Assembly: GCF_902459465.1 (NCBI RefSeq)
Contig: NC_047066.1
Span: 11,160,001-11,224,000, forward strand
From: Asterias rubens
Taxonomy: Eukaryota
Length of the DNA: 64,000 bases
Reading direction: 5' to 3'
The translations under genes and the position numbers were made by a program. A model generated the notes under the pieces. It was given only the letters and a program-made list of their open reading frames with translations, had not been told where the DNA came from and made no database searches. This document shows, one piece after another, positions 1-13,119 of the stretch. Position 1 is the stretch's first letter. Every line of letters starts with the position of its first letter.

Positions 1-126
1 TCTCTTCAACTCCGACGATCAATCGAGCTAAAATTTTCACAGGTTTGTTATTTTATGCATATTTTGAGATACACCAAGTGAGAAGACTGGTCTTTGACAA
101 TTACCAATAGTGTCCAGTGTCTTTAA
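1..126. mobile_element. Kolobok-like MITE family A, partial (window edge)
   Basis: Ends with TIR ...TTACCAATAGTGTCCAGTGTCTTTAA. Family A consensus is about 385 bp with TTAA|AGGCAGTGGACACTATTGGTAATT termini. Confidence 0.8.
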
Positions 127-1652
127 ATATTGCATGCAAAGGCTTGTTTAAAAATTATTGTACTGCAGTGGTGAGCAAAAAGTATCAGCTGCATTATTCA
201 CTGCCAAAAAGAAACCCATTAATGTAACATGAGGTCTGATCAGTATTCTACACTTTGTGGATGTATTCTATGTCTATTATTAAAAACCTGAATGAATATA
301 TTAATAACACCATAATGTATCATTTACTACAATCAGCAAGAAAGGTGTTTCTTCATAGAGCAACATTATTGCAGGTTTGTTGCAGTCCAGTTATACATTT
401 GGTGATACATGTAATTGAAGTGGTCTATACAAAACAAAACTCAATGTATTGCTAGTAAAAAAGAAATGCATTATAGAGCGCCACCAAGAGTTTAATTGGG
501 GCCATTTTCAAAGTCTATTCTAGAAGACTAGCAAATAATGCACACGTTATAAGCTTTGAGCTTTTCAAAGCATTCCATAAAGCCGTGCATATAACAACAT
601 ATAATTATCACTGTTAACAGACACAAGTTTACAACAAAAAACTTAATAATAAAATCAGTTTAATCGTTCAAACGCTTACAAAGTCCCAGAAACCTCGTTC
701 CAGGGGTGATCCATGCCGCGTCCTTTAAGCAAGTTTGCGCTGCTTGCTTTGCCCACAGTATTTGTTACTAAAAATGTTCCAGTACATGTATTAATATTTC
801 AAACAGGCCTGTGTGGTTGAACCACTCAAACCACTCAACGTGCGCGCTTTAAGTGCAATAGCCTGCAATAGAGGCACAAAGAGCAGCCTATAGTCTCCTC
901 TCGTTTTTCTTTTATAACGTGACATGTCAAACTGTATGCAGTTTTTTTAGAAAGAAGTAATTTCCAACTTAAATATTTGAATTTGAATATGAGACAAACT
1001 TTCTACTCATTTGATTTTGAGACCTCAGATTTAGAATTTGAGATCCCCAAAACAAGCATCCAAAAGCACACATCTTCGTGTGACAAGCATGTTTTTTATT
1101 CCATTATTACTTCCCTACCAGGGGTAAGTGATGAGAGGTATTGATACGGCGTGACACCCTGGTTAGTGAGGCTGTTATTACCCATCTCGCCAATTTAACT
1201 GATGCTGCTAGCGTGGACTTCAAACATGTCTGAGAAGGAACACTGTTTCCATGTTACTATTAATGGCATTTAATTGGCCACAAGGCTCAAATATTAACTG
1301 CGACTGTGCAAAGTTATGTGGTTGTCCCAGGAGATTTGTAAAAATAACCGTTGTGAAGATTGAAACTGTTAAAAACAAAAAAATCAAAGCACTGATGAAA
1401 TACCGCTCCAATAAATTGTGTTTATTTTTATGGTTAATTATTTGCAAGTGGTTAGCAAAGAATTGATTGATGTTTTTATTTCACATATCATGGGATACAC
1501 AGTCAGACGGAAGAGGCAGGAGCAGGACTTGTGGTTCATAAAAGCTTCATCGAGTAGCTATTACACCACAACTGCGAGTTAAACACAAGCGAGACGTGTT
1601 GAGATACGATCAACTGTAACTCCTGTTTGCAGAAGATTAAAAGCGAATCGTC

Positions 1653-2786
1653 ATGGGGAATGATGTGACATCAGATAGCTGTAGTTTGTCCTATAACATC
1701 ACTGAGGAGACCACATCCGATTGGATTCATACACCGGTGGATACCATCATAACCACTATCATCATACCGATTATAGTAACCATAGGAATCTTCAACAACA
1801 CTACTTTTGTTTTTGTCATATTCCGCATTCCTAGAATGAGATCGGAAACTAATATCTATTTGGTACACTTGGCACTGGCTGATCTTCTGTTCTTGTGCCT
1901 ATCTGCGTTACAGTACTTCTGGCTCTATGCAACATCGCCAGTGTTCGATAGTGTCATCTTTGTGACCTCGGCAGAGTGTGTCAGCTTTTTTGTAGCCATA
2001 AACACTGGATATTTTGCATCCATTGCTTTAATAACCATGGTTTCGTTTGAGAGATATCTTGCCATGTGCCATCCTCTAAAGCACCTGAGAATCCGTACAC
2101 GGAAAAGAACCAATAAAATCGTGGCAATCTGTTGGTCAGTTGGGCTTGTGTTGTCCGGATTAGCTGTTCTGCGTAATGCTAAAATCACCTTTGTCTGCCT
2201 GCAATGGCCAGACGATGACATGTACCACGAGTTCCCATTAATTGTGGCATTTTGTGGTGTCGTACAGCCATGGATAAATTACTTGACTACTCCATTGCTA
2301 AACATTCCTTGGATAGTCGCACTGGTTTCCAACATTTACATGTACATAAAGATCATTCAAATGTTACACAACCGGACAGCCATTGGTAGGACTTCTCAAA
2401 GTGACCTCACCAAGCTCCGAACCCGAAACCAGGTGGTCAAAATGTTGATTGTTAATGGTGTGGTGTTCTTCCTGTGTCAAATGCCATATGCTGTTCTGAG
2501 CTTCACAAAAATCATCTGTATCATAGCGGGGATTCCTGATCCAATCCAAGCTGCACTCGGCATGTCAGGAGACTGGATCTTCGTAATCCCACAATTGATC
2601 AATAACAGTGTAAATCCACTGATTTATGGACTAATCAGTGCTCAGTATCGTACTGCATTCACGCAAGCATTTCAGTGCAAAAAGCACCATAGACAGCCAC
2701 AAAGTATCTACACAGTTTGCACTGCATCAAATCGAGCCATCACGACAGGTTCGTTGGTGAAGAACGTATGTAAAAGCCAAGTCTAA
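1653..2786 (+). CDS. Intronless rhodopsin-class (class A) orphan GPCR, peptide-receptor-like; cluster copy 1 (377 aa)
   Basis: Long ORF with 7 hydrophobic segments and motifs HLALADLL (TM2), SFERYLAMCHP (TM3, ERY), CW (TM4), FFLCQMPY (TM6), NPLIYG (TM7). Splice-acceptor-like TTTGCAG ends at 1632. Confidence 0.95.
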   Translation: MGNDVTSDSCSLSYNITEETTSDWIHTPVDTIITTIIIPIIVTIGIFNNTTFVFVIFRIPRMRSETNIYLVHLALADLLFLCLSALQYFWLYATSPVFDSVIFVTSAECVSFFVAINTGYFASIALITMVSFERYLAMCHPLKHLRIRTRKRTNKIVAICWSVGLVLSGLAVLRNAKITFVCLQWPDDDMYHEFPLIVAFCGVVQPWINYLTTPLLNIPWIVALVSNIYMYIKIIQMLHNRTAIGRTSQSDLTKLRTRNQVVKMLIVNGVVFFLCQMPYAVLSFTKIICIIAGIPDPIQAALGMSGDWIFVIPQLINNSVNPLIYGLISAQYRTAFTQAFQCKKHHRQPQSIYTVCTASNRAITTGSLVKNVCKSQV

Positions 2787-3170
2787 TATATAGAGTTTTC
2801 TTGCGTACATCATACTATAGAAAACTCGCTCAATGCAACTCCAATGGCATCAGGGATCAATTTCACAAAGAGCTTAGATAGATTGCATATGTAACTCAAT
2901 AAATCGCAGTTGCTTAGTAAAGTGTGATGTCACTATTCAGATCTCTTTGGTAATACTTACAATTTGTATTGCAATAAATTGTATTGCTTTTTGAAATCAG
3001 CCCCTGGTCTACAGTTTGCGCAATACAGACAGGATACTTCAGTCTGAGTCCAAAGGCAAGTGTTTGCAAATCCGTTTCACATTTTAAGATATACATGATC
3101 ATTGTAATATAGGCCTACGTCTGTTTCCCAGTATTCACACTGTTACAAAAATCAGATGTATTTATTAAGA

Positions 3171-3558
3171 TTAAAGGGAAGGTACACGTTTGGTAATATC
3201 TCAAAACAAATGTTAACTTCAAAACTGACTTGGTAGTGAACATTGGATAGCTGTTGACACACGTACAGTATTAAACATTGTGAGAAATGGCTCCCTCTGA
3301 AGTACATGTAGCATAAGTTTTGAAATAGAGGTAATTTCTCACTAAAATAATAAAAGACTTCTAGCTAGAAGTCTTTAATTCCTATCTGAACGCACACAAA
3401 TTCGTCCATCAAGGATGGTTTTTTTTTTCATCATTTTCTCCCAACTCCGATGACCAATTGAGCTCAAATTTTCAGAGTTGTTACTTTATGCATTTGTTGA
3501 GATGCACCTAGTGAGAACCGGGTCTTTGACAATTACCAATAGTGTACCTTCCCTTTAA
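3171..3558. mobile_element. Kolobok-like MITE family A (variant TIR)
   Basis: TTAAAGGGAAGGTACAC...GTGTACCTTCCCTTTAA; internal sequence shared with family A. Confidence 0.8.
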
Positions 3559-4399
3559 CAAAGGTTTAGGGTGCAGCACAGTGCCAGAGTGGTGTTGCTT
3601 ATCTCAAATGGGTCCAATGCGTCCCTACGTCAGGACTTAACTCGTCCTAAGTCCTCAGACTAATCCTTACGAAGAGTTTTGTGAAATCGACGACTGGTAT
3701 TTTCTTTGCAGTAAAGGGATATGAAGAAACGCACTACCTATGTACATGTACTAAAGCCGGTAAGAACAGAAGTATGCTAAGCACAAAACAAAATCAAGCT
3801 TTGGCAGAAACTGTGTACCAGTCAAAATACCATGAAATTCACATAAATAAAAAAACTAAAAAAACTAAATGTTTGCTGAAATGAAATTTGCTGAGAAGTA
3901 TTTTCTGCTTTAACAGGTTGTTGAAGTGTAGCCCAGAACACCAACCATTTGTTGTGTTGTTTTACACTCAAACATGAACACTTAAACAGATTAGGAAATA
4001 TAAATTAATTGACTCTACCAAAAACCACTGATATAATATCCCTTTAAGAATCATAAAGACAATGGTGTGACAGTCCTAATATTACCCTGTATTTGCCAAT
4101 GGTTGAGTGCAGGTCGTCGGCCCAGTGTTCTTTATGTTCATTCAATGTACTATTTTTAATTGCTTCTCTTTTGCTTTCCTCGAAAAGCATGTGATAAAAT
4201 AAATACATAAAATCCTTCAATTCCTAGTTTTGCATGAATATACCAATTTTGTCCATTGGCAACTATAGGTTCATCGATACAAGCCCTACTGTATGGGTTT
4301 CTAGATAGATTTGTTTTACTTGAGTGGAAACTAAGACAGAAAGAGAGAAAGAAACAAACAAATATCAATGGTAGAAATCAAAAGTACTTCGGTCTGAAG

Positions 4400-5474
4400 C
4401 AGGCCTCAAATTTCCCGGCGGCCACGACGGCCATGGCCGCCGGTGCCCTGCTTACTGGCCGTGGTGCCCCGAGAAAATCTGACATTTTCGCGGCCAAAAA
4501 GGCCGTGCCCTTTTTCTCCGATGGCCGCCGTGCCCTTTTTGAGATCAAAATTTATGTTTTGATACACCACCACCATCCGTCTGTGTGCACATAAAATCAA
4601 ACACTTACATGTACATTCTATATTAATACACGCACACAGAGCGCGGTCGGTTGAATGCTCATCACACGGAATTTAAACGGACGGCAGCATATCCATGCAG
4701 TGCATGTGTGTGTGCACGATGCAGAACGAACGACAGACGTGCATCCATCATAGACATTGTGTACTCGAAGTTTATACACGGGCCGGATGTACTTGCAACG
4801 ACCATTTGAGAACAATCGCACTGGTACTCATCTTGCAACATGCGTACCCACGCAAGGTTGTCCATGATGGGTACCAGCTAATCACAATTTCGGTTCCATT
4901 CGAGGTTGGGCGTCCGCCTATTCCACTGGTGTTGTGCTTGTTCACTGGTACTCGTACATGTTTGTGCACGTGGGCCATGTTACGTAAATCACACATCATG
5001 TACATGTACATGAAAAGTACATGTACATGTACTTTACATGTACATGTATGTCCGTTGAATAAATCTCCGCTCTGCACACAGTCAAGTGACAGCTCATTGT
5101 TTACGTCCGGCCGTCGCAACAAAATCTCCGCTGCACACAGTTAAGTGACAGTTCATTGTTTACGTCTGGCCATCGCAACAAAAAATGGATGCTTACTTTT
5201 ACTTCCCATTAATCAATAAAATTAAATACATTTAAAAATACTTGATGTTTTTTTGTTACAGGAAAGCAAAAGTAATGAAATGGTTCATTAAAATAGCCTT
5301 CATGGACCTGAACAGAAATTGTTTCATGATCTTTATTTTTTATGGCCTTGATGCCCTTTTTGAAATTTTAAGTTGGCCTTGGTGCCCTACCCCATGGCCT
5401 TGGTGCCCTTTCAAAATTTGACAAATTCAAGGCCAAAGTGGCCTTGCCCTAAAAATCGGGAAATTTGAGGCCTG
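4400..5474. mobile_element. Non-autonomous hAT-like DNA transposon (1075 bp) with 6-bp target duplication
   Basis: 17-bp TIR CAGGCCTCAAATTTCCC / GGGAAATTTGAGGCCTG. CTGAAG on both flanks. Subterminal GGCC(N)GTGCCC repeats at both ends. Confidence 0.8.
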
Positions 5475-6290
5475 CTGAAGATATCTTGTCCTAAATTCAA
5501 AGGTCACAATACAATTTTGTTGGCTGAACAAAATACTATAGCAGTTGGTGAATGTTAAATTACGCTTGTTTTGTTTATTTTTTTAGTTTTGTGTTTTTTA
5601 TTTCAACTAGTGCCCCAAACAAGGCTAAAAAGCCACTCTGTGTAAATGGGACAACCAGAAGGAAAACAGAAATTTGGTTTACTGTTACGTTAAAATATTA
5701 ACGATGAATATAGGAATACTATTTATAGGAATGTTTTGGTTTTTGGTGGAAATAGAATAGACAAGATTACAAACACTTATCTGCACTTTACGTGAATACA
5801 CTCCGATAATGAAGGTTTCCCCCAGCCAATTTCAGTAAAAATGAAATAGGTTATATTAACACGCATTCAATTCACGATTTCCTATTTCAATCAAACTCAG
5901 GTTTTTTTTAGTTTTTTTTTAAGGTGCTATATATATAATTGTGTGTTTTTGCACACATGGCAGTCAACACTACATTTTTCACAGTTCTCCGGTTTAATTT
6001 CAACAATGTCTATTTACAAACAATGAAAATGAATGGCTGATCAGCCTCTTGCTGTTGGCATTTGCGAAGTTCAATGATCTTTACGACCTACATGTATACA
6101 AATTTGAAGGCTCTTATTTGACCAGTGAATGCTAAACTATTGACAATCAACTACAAAACGGAGCAATCTTATTTAACCGAAATTGAACATGCTGGATCAA
6201 TCAGACTGGTTTTCATTGAGACAGATGGTTGTTGAAATTGGTCAGGAAAAAATATTTTAACTTTTAACAGAAGCGTTTTGTGGTTTGTTT

Positions 6291-6652
6291 TTAAAGTGTA
6301 TAAGTACTTTTTGTAGGACAAAAAACACAATGTCCACAGATGTACACTAAACTTACACAGTTTGAAGATACTCATACTGTAGTAGAAAGCTTCCCTTAAA
6401 ATAATACTTGCTGAGGTGCTGTAGTTTCTGAGAAATGAGTAAAATAATTTTTGTCTCAGTGATTATTTTAGCATGTAAGAACGTATTTTCATGACATTGT
6501 TTTACTCATTTACTCATTCTCAAAAACTACAGCACCGCAGAAGGTAATGTTTTAAGGTGCGCTTTCTACTACCATTATCTTCAACCGGTGTAGTTTAATG
6601 TAAATCTGTGGACATTGCGTTTTGTGTTACAAAAAGTACCCAAATCCTTCAA
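6291..6652. mobile_element. TTAA-type MITE family B (degenerate)
   Basis: Imperfect TIR AAG...GTACTTTTTGTA / TACAAAAAGTAC...CTT. Related fragments near 21296-21470 and 42281-42440. Confidence 0.55.
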
Positions 6653-7439
6653 AACGTGTAAAGGTGGTAGCCTGTTTGATGTGGAGAGGGAGATAACACA
6701 CTTTTATGTTTTAAAATTCAACTTGCAAATTCCTTTCAAAAGGGTTCAACAAAATCTTACACTGAATATTTACCAGTAAAAGCATGGTATCCAAGGGCAT
6801 ACATTGTTAGTACTTTTTGGTTATACAGTCTATTTTTATGATCCAGGCAAAAAAATGTTTCCGTCACAAAAGAAATCCTGGGCAGAACCCTGTGTAATAT
6901 TATGTGTCGTTCCTTAAAATGCAAATTTACTTTTAATAAGGAACAACCTACTCCGCGGTAGTGGAATAAGGAAAGACAGTTCTCTATGAACAAACTCTAC
7001 CTGGCAAGTACATTGTAGATACATGTACACACATGGTGTTATCACAAACCAAATATATATATATTGATACCTCCCACTCCCATGCAATGCCTCAAGTCCT
7101 AACTGCAATGCCTCAAATCCCATAGACTGTATAAGCTTCAGTTATACCATACACCTGTTCATGTATGAGATACATCATAATTTCTAACTACAGTGTACAT
7201 TCTAAGCAATCTTGTTGTACCACAGTGTACACTGTGAATTCTTGTTTGTCATGAACAATCACTTAATGTACTACAAATACTCAAGTGCATCTAGAACCTG
7301 CAAAATAAGACCTGATAATGAGACTTGACTTCCTTTTTTTGTTACAACACTTAAGAAGAATTCTGCCAAACTGATGTTCATGATTATCTTCAAACCTATT
7401 GGTCACACAAGTTTGGGCGTGATTGGCACATGAGGTTTT

Positions 7440-7844
7440 TTAAAGGCAGTGGACACTATTGGTAATTGTCAAAGACTAGCCTTCACAGTTGGTGTATCTC
7501 AACATACGCATAAAACAACCATCCTGTGAAAATTTGAGCTCAATCGGTCACCTCCCTGGCGAGATAATAATGAAACAAAAAAAACACCCATGTCACACGA
7601 AGTTGTGTGCGTTTAGACATGTTACATGTAGATGGTTGATTTCGAGACCTCAAGTTCTAAATCTGAGGTCTCAAAATCAGAAATTTGTGGAAAATTACTT
7701 CTTTCTTGAAAACTATGGCACTTCAGAGGGAGCCGTTTCTCCAGATTTTATACCATCAACCTCTCCCCATTACTTGTCACCAAGAAAGGTTTTATGCTAA
7801 TAATTATTTTCAGTAATTACCAATAGTGTCTATACTGCCTTTAA
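7440..7844. mobile_element. Kolobok-like MITE family A
   Basis: TTAA-flanked TIRs and internal hairpin GATTTCGAGACCTCA...TGAGGTCTC. Confidence 0.85.
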
Positions 7845-8296
7845 AAAGCAAGCATCATCGGGGGCATTTACCCGCAGTACGTGCAAACCTTAATACTTCA
7901 CTTAATTGATGCATATTTTAGGCATTGAGGAGAACCTTACTGGTAACCATTGAGGAGAACCTTACTGGTAACCATCAACATCATAAAGCGCTCATAAAAC
8001 TTTATGAAACCTGTGTGGGTTTAACTGCTGGTTTTATTAACGTTTTGCTGCCTTGTACTTGTGTATATTAGCACCCAACTTCATAGAGCTGTTAAGCACA
8101 ATTATTTGCTAAGCACAGATAAATTATGCTTAGCTAAAACAGGTTACCACCCGAAAAGAAATGAAACGATGAAGAAGATAATAACTCCAATATGGTTAAT
8201 TGACATCTTGCACCAAGGGTGAGAGCACACAAATAAAGTCTTCACTTTGACCCTTGGCCCTGGACTGCTTAAAGCACAAATAAAGCAGTTTAAACA

Positions 8297-8718
8297 AAGG
8301 CAGTGGACACTATTGGTTATAATTAATTTTAGTAATTACCAATGGTAATTACTAAAAATAATTGTTACCTTAAACCCTTACTTAGTAAGTTGGTAACGAG
8401 AATGTGGAGCTGTTGATAGTATAAAACATTGTGAGAAACGGCTCCCTCTGAAGTAACGTAGTTTTCGAGAAAGGAGTAATTTTCCACGAATTTGATTTTG
8501 AGACGTCAACAGAATTAGATTTTGAGGTCTTGAAATCAAGCATCTGAAAGCACACAACTTTGTGTGTCAAGGGTGTTTTTTTCTTCATTATTATCTCACA
8601 ACTTCGACGACCAATTGAGCTCAAATTTTTACAGGTTTGTTATTTTATGCACATGTTGAGATACACCAAGTGAGAAGACTGGTCTTTGACAATTACCACT
8701 AGTGCCCAGTGTCTTTAA
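8297..8718. mobile_element. Kolobok-like MITE family A
   Basis: Family A TIRs and body, reverse orientation. Confidence 0.8.
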
Positions 8719-10318
8719 TAATAAAGCACACATAAAGCAGTCAAGCACAACACAATCCTGCTGTAAACCAGAATGAGGTTACCATGTTTTGATGAGAAGC
8801 AGAGTGTGGATTTGGGTTCCACTCTTGGCACAGACAATTGTGTCCTTAAGCAAAATACTTGACAATTGTTGTTTGTGTCATGACCGTGAAAGAAAAGGAA
8901 GTTTCACTAGAGACAGGTCTTTTGCTTCAGCTGCACCATGTATCTGGAACTCTCTACCACTTTGAATCTCAGATCTTGTCTTTGTACCCCAAAAATCAAA
9001 TCTCTTCTCAACACTAATTATCTCATGCCACAGGTTTTCAAGGACTAATTTTGTTGTGTCTGTTTTCTATCGTTTTGGTTTTGGTTTTACTGCACCTTGA
9101 TGAGCACCAACCGGTGTAAGGACCTATCATAGGCGCATTGCAAGTCTTTAAAGATGGGCTGCAATACGCGTCATCCAACGCCATCATTGATATATTAACA
9201 AGGCAAAAGTGCACGCGTGTACACGCTGCGCGTGACTCTCAGCCAATGGTAGCTCTTCACACGTGCACAATTAATCAAATATGGCGGCCGATTTGCGCCA
9301 ATTGCAATTCATCTATTGCTAAAAAAAATATTCAGTGCAAATACTTGTATTGTTGAGATAAATTGAGAAGTGGTTTGCCCCGTTTTCATGAAATGATTGG
9401 CTGCAGAATGCAACACAGTACCTTCACCTTGTTAACAGTGGCATTAAAAGTGATCTCATAAATCAACAATATTTATTACCAAGCAAACCTGTACAGTCCA
9501 TCACTGTGATTTTAACCTTCTGGCGAAGACGTGCCACATAAAAGACTTGTTTAGTATGTTTTATTATAAAACATTTTGGGAGCCGCTACCAGCAGTTTCC
9601 TTCAAACTTGAAACAAAAAAGAACTGAAGCACCCTAAAAAAAAAACTGGAAGCTGTTAAACAAAACAAATTCATGAAAAATATTCTCTTGAGGTTTTTTT
9701 TGCAAGTATAGTTATTTTTAAATAATGACCTAAAAAAGGGTCAAATTACATATAATCCGTACAATTTGAGTTAATACTTTTAGTCATTTTCTGGGTCAGC
9801 CTGACCAGGAAATGAGTCAGACCCCCAAGGACACTGAATCACAGTCAGTTCTGACCAAGGTAGCTATAGAGTGAACTGTAACCCAATGAATAGGCTTGAA
9901 GATAACTACATGTATGCAGAGAATAAACTGAAGAAATAACTATATTTCCAAATTGGCGACTAGTTCTACAGCTATACGACTGTGGCTAAGAACATATATC
10001 TCTTAACACATGAAGACGCAGCAACCAAGCATTATGACGTAGCCATATACATTCGCCAATTCGTACACGGCACCAAACTGAGACCATCAACAATGTAACT
10101 AGAACTCGCATGAAACCAGTCTGCAGAGCCTATTCGTAAATCTACCTCGCTTACAAGACGTACGCCATCATTAATAGCAATAACTTTCGCAAATATCCTT
10201 TGCGCTAGCGCTAACTGTTGAATGAGAAGCATGTTGGTCAAGCTTACGAGTACTTGCTATATGAACAACCCACGCTTGACGACACACAAGGTATGACCAC
10301 ACTTTATGACAGCTCCTG

Positions 10319-10573
10319 GGCCCAATTTCATGGCTCTGCTTACCGCCGAATTCTGCGCTTAATATCACGATTCCCTGCTTACATGTACATGCAAGCGCCA
10401 AATTTATGCACTAGCCTTGTAAGCATAGAATGCCTAGTAACGTGAAGTACGCACGCGCAGAAGCCAGAATTCACCGCTAACCCGTGAAATACGCTTGCCG
10501 TAAACACTAGAATTCCCTGCTTCCGTAAGTGCCGGTTCTGTGCTTACGGTAAGCAGAGCCATGAAATTGGGCC
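10319..10573. mobile_element. PIF/Harbinger-like MITE with CTG target duplication
   Basis: TIR GGCCCAATTTCATGGCTCTGCTTACCG / CGGTAAGCAGAGCCATGAAATTGGGCC. CTG on both flanks. Confidence 0.75.
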
Positions 10574-10784
10574 CTGGCCGAGAGCCAAGTTGCACATGAG
10601 TATTCAGCTACCACATGACATAAGCCTACGTTCTCTCAAGGTTGTATACAGCGCCTTGAGTACCTTGTTTGATGCGCTATATTCTTTTATATAACACCCA
10701 AGCAGATCCTTGCCATTTGATTGGAGGATTGTCCGTCACGTGATAGCAAATAAAAGTACCATTGTACGCTGAGTCACTCGCCGT

Positions 10785-10869
10785 GCTTTTTCGTTCCATC
10801 CGAAAAGTACCATTGCACGCTGGCACGCTGCCAGCGTGCAATGGTACTTTTCGGATGGAACGAAAAAGC
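10785..10869. repeat. Perfect palindrome, 41-bp arms, 3-nt loop
   Basis: GCTTTTTCGTTCCATCCGAAAAGTACCATTGCACGCTGGCA-CGC-exact reverse complement. Confidence 0.95.
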
Positions 10870-11043
10870 TGAGTAAAAACATCACTGCGTGCGCGTGTCT
10901 TTGGTAACGCAGCAGGTGTTACTGCAAGAAGGCATAGTAAAATTACTAGCATTCGGCTTCTACAGTTGAAATTGTTTGTTTTGAAAGTTGTTTCTTTCAA
11001 TCAAAATGACAAAGTTCTACTTGGATGTTATATAAAACAAATA

Positions 11044-11193
11044 ATGAATGTTTTTCATTCGTGCAATGGTGCGAATATGTTCATTCGTTGAAAGCTGGAA
11101 TGTTCCATTCAACTCGGCTCCGCCTCGTTGAATAGAACATTCCATCTTTCAACTCATGAACATATTCGCACCATTGCACTCATAAACATTCAT
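11044..11193. repeat. Imperfect palindrome of about 150 bp
   Basis: ATGAATGTTT..GTGCAATGGTGCGAATATGTTCAT..GTTGAAAG ... CTTTCAAC..ATGAACATATTCGCACCATTGCAC..AAACATTCAT. Confidence 0.9.
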
Positions 11194-11523
11194 TGTGTAC
11201 AATATTATTATTATAAAAATACCGTTCCGAATCAATGGGTACCAGTAGAATAGACAGCTATAAAAAATATTAGAGGCAGCCATTTTCCATCATACTTGCC
11301 CGACGCTGATCAATGTGTTTAGCATTTAAAAAGCAAAACATGAAACAAAACTGCTCAGTATCGACTCAACTGTCCACAAAAAAGTTTGACATTTACCACA
11401 GTGTTGTCAACCTACACATATTCACTTAGCTTACAGCTTCTTTTGTGTAGCTATAGATTTCAGCCCAATCTCACTACATACATGTACAGACACAGTTGAC
11501 TTCCAGGAGCTCTAGCTTACAAC

Positions 11524-12603
11524 ATGGAATCAAATTACTGCAGAGTGACTTATTACATCGAGGAGGAGGATGTTTCAGCGTGGATTTATCCTCCAGCAGA
11601 CGACATCATTATTACCATCATCTTACCAATCTTAATGGGTCTTGGTCTAATCAGCAACTCTACTTTTCTTCTCATCATTTTCCGCATCCCGAAAATGAGA
11701 TCCGATACTAACATCATCTTGGCACATTTGGCAATATCTGACCTACTGTTCCTGGCCACTTCAGTACTACAGTATATGTGGAGCTATTATACCTCGATAG
11801 TCATCTATAATGAGCCCTACCAGAGCTCAGCTGGATGTGTGATTCATGCTGGATTGACAAATATTGGCTACTTTGCAGCTATTCTGTTGGTAACAATGGT
11901 GTCCTTTGAAAGATACCTTGCAATGTGTCATCCTGTGAAACATCTTAAGATCCGTGGAAGGAAACGAACTAACAGACTTGTTGCTATCTGCTGGGTTGTT
12001 GGGATCGTAATTTCTGCTTTGACAGTACCCTTGTGGGCTGATTATCAAACTGATATGTGCCTCCGATGGCCTGAAAATGACACTTACCAGGGATTTCCTT
12101 CAACAATGTCGTATTGTCGCCCGTTAGCGCCTTGGATAATACACGTTGTCATACCATTGTTGAACTTTCCCTGGACCATATTAATGGTTGCTAACGTTTT
12201 TATGTTTGTTGGTATCGTTCGGGCGTTGCACAACCGCGTTGGTGCCAACGTGGTAAAAGATGATCAGAAGGCACAACAAGTAAGGAACCAAGTTGCTAAG
12301 ATGCTGGTTGTGAATGGTATCATTTTCTTCATCTGTCATATCCCATATCGCGTGTTCAGTTTCAGTTGGTGGATTTGTTACGTTGCCCAGATCCCCAATC
12401 CACTAGACCTTGTGTTTGGGGACACATTGCAGAAGTGGATCACAGCCCTTCCTCAGCTAATCAACACTTGTATAAATCCATTGATATACGGTGCGATGAA
12501 CTCGCAATACCGTCTAGCATTCAAACAGGTGTTTCTCTGCAAAGCAAAACAACGGCCTAGGTCTGTTTCTACAATGAGTCGAACAGAGATGACTGGTGTC
12601 TAA
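11524..12603 (+). CDS. Intronless rhodopsin-class orphan GPCR; cluster copy 2 (359 aa)
   Basis: Motifs HLAISDLL, SFERYLAMCHP, FFICHIPY, NPLIYG. Colinear with copies 1 and 3. Confidence 0.95.
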   Translation: MESNYCRVTYYIEEEDVSAWIYPPADDIIITIILPILMGLGLISNSTFLLIIFRIPKMRSDTNIILAHLAISDLLFLATSVLQYMWSYYTSIVIYNEPYQSSAGCVIHAGLTNIGYFAAILLVTMVSFERYLAMCHPVKHLKIRGRKRTNRLVAICWVVGIVISALTVPLWADYQTDMCLRWPENDTYQGFPSTMSYCRPLAPWIIHVVIPLLNFPWTILMVANVFMFVGIVRALHNRVGANVVKDDQKAQQVRNQVAKMLVVNGIIFFICHIPYRVFSFSWWICYVAQIPNPLDLVFGDTLQKWITALPQLINTCINPLIYGAMNSQYRLAFKQVFLCKAKQRPRSVSTMSRTEMTGV

Positions 12604-12699
12604 GAATCAAAGTATTAATTTTAACGACATCTTGTTGTAGAAATTATACAGTCCTCTTTTTTTAATCAAAAATCAGTGTTCATATTTACGTGTACCATG

Positions 12700-13027
12700 T
12701 ACAGTGCAAAAACTGGGGTGTTAAATTGACACCATGGGTGTTGCCACTGATGCATTTACTTTTTGAACCTTCATCTTGTATACATGTACATAGAGATTAA
12801 TGATTTTAAAGTTTCTGTGATGTGTTTTGTAAGTATTAGTAATTTTATAATGATTCCAACCGCATGTGGTTGCAAATAAAAATGAACCTTACCTTACCTT
12901 AGAAAGATACCAACAAATGAACCAACATTTACACCCTAGGGCGATTAAATAACATAAACTTCTCTGGTATAAGACAACACCTACATGTACATGGTGTCAA
13001 TTTTAACACTTCATTCTTTGCAGTGTA
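12700..13027. mobile_element. TA-flanked MITE just downstream of GPCR copy 2
   Basis: Imperfect TIR TACAGTGCAAAAA..GTGTTAAATTGACACCATG / CATGGTGTCAATTTTAACAC..TTTGCAGTGTA. Confidence 0.6.
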
Positions 13028-13119
13028 GCATATAAATGTTTTACATCAACATTTTGGGTAAAATCTGTCGAACATTGGGCCTACTTTAAAGTTATATTGA
13101 AAGTTTTAAAATGTTATTG

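Noticed and set aside
4695-5144. Overlapping 149-aa and 116-aa ORFs inside the hAT-like element
   Set aside because: Low-complexity TACATG-derived translations with no transposase motifs.
7923-7972. 25-bp direct repeat (2 copies)
   Set aside because: A simple local slippage duplication with no further structure.
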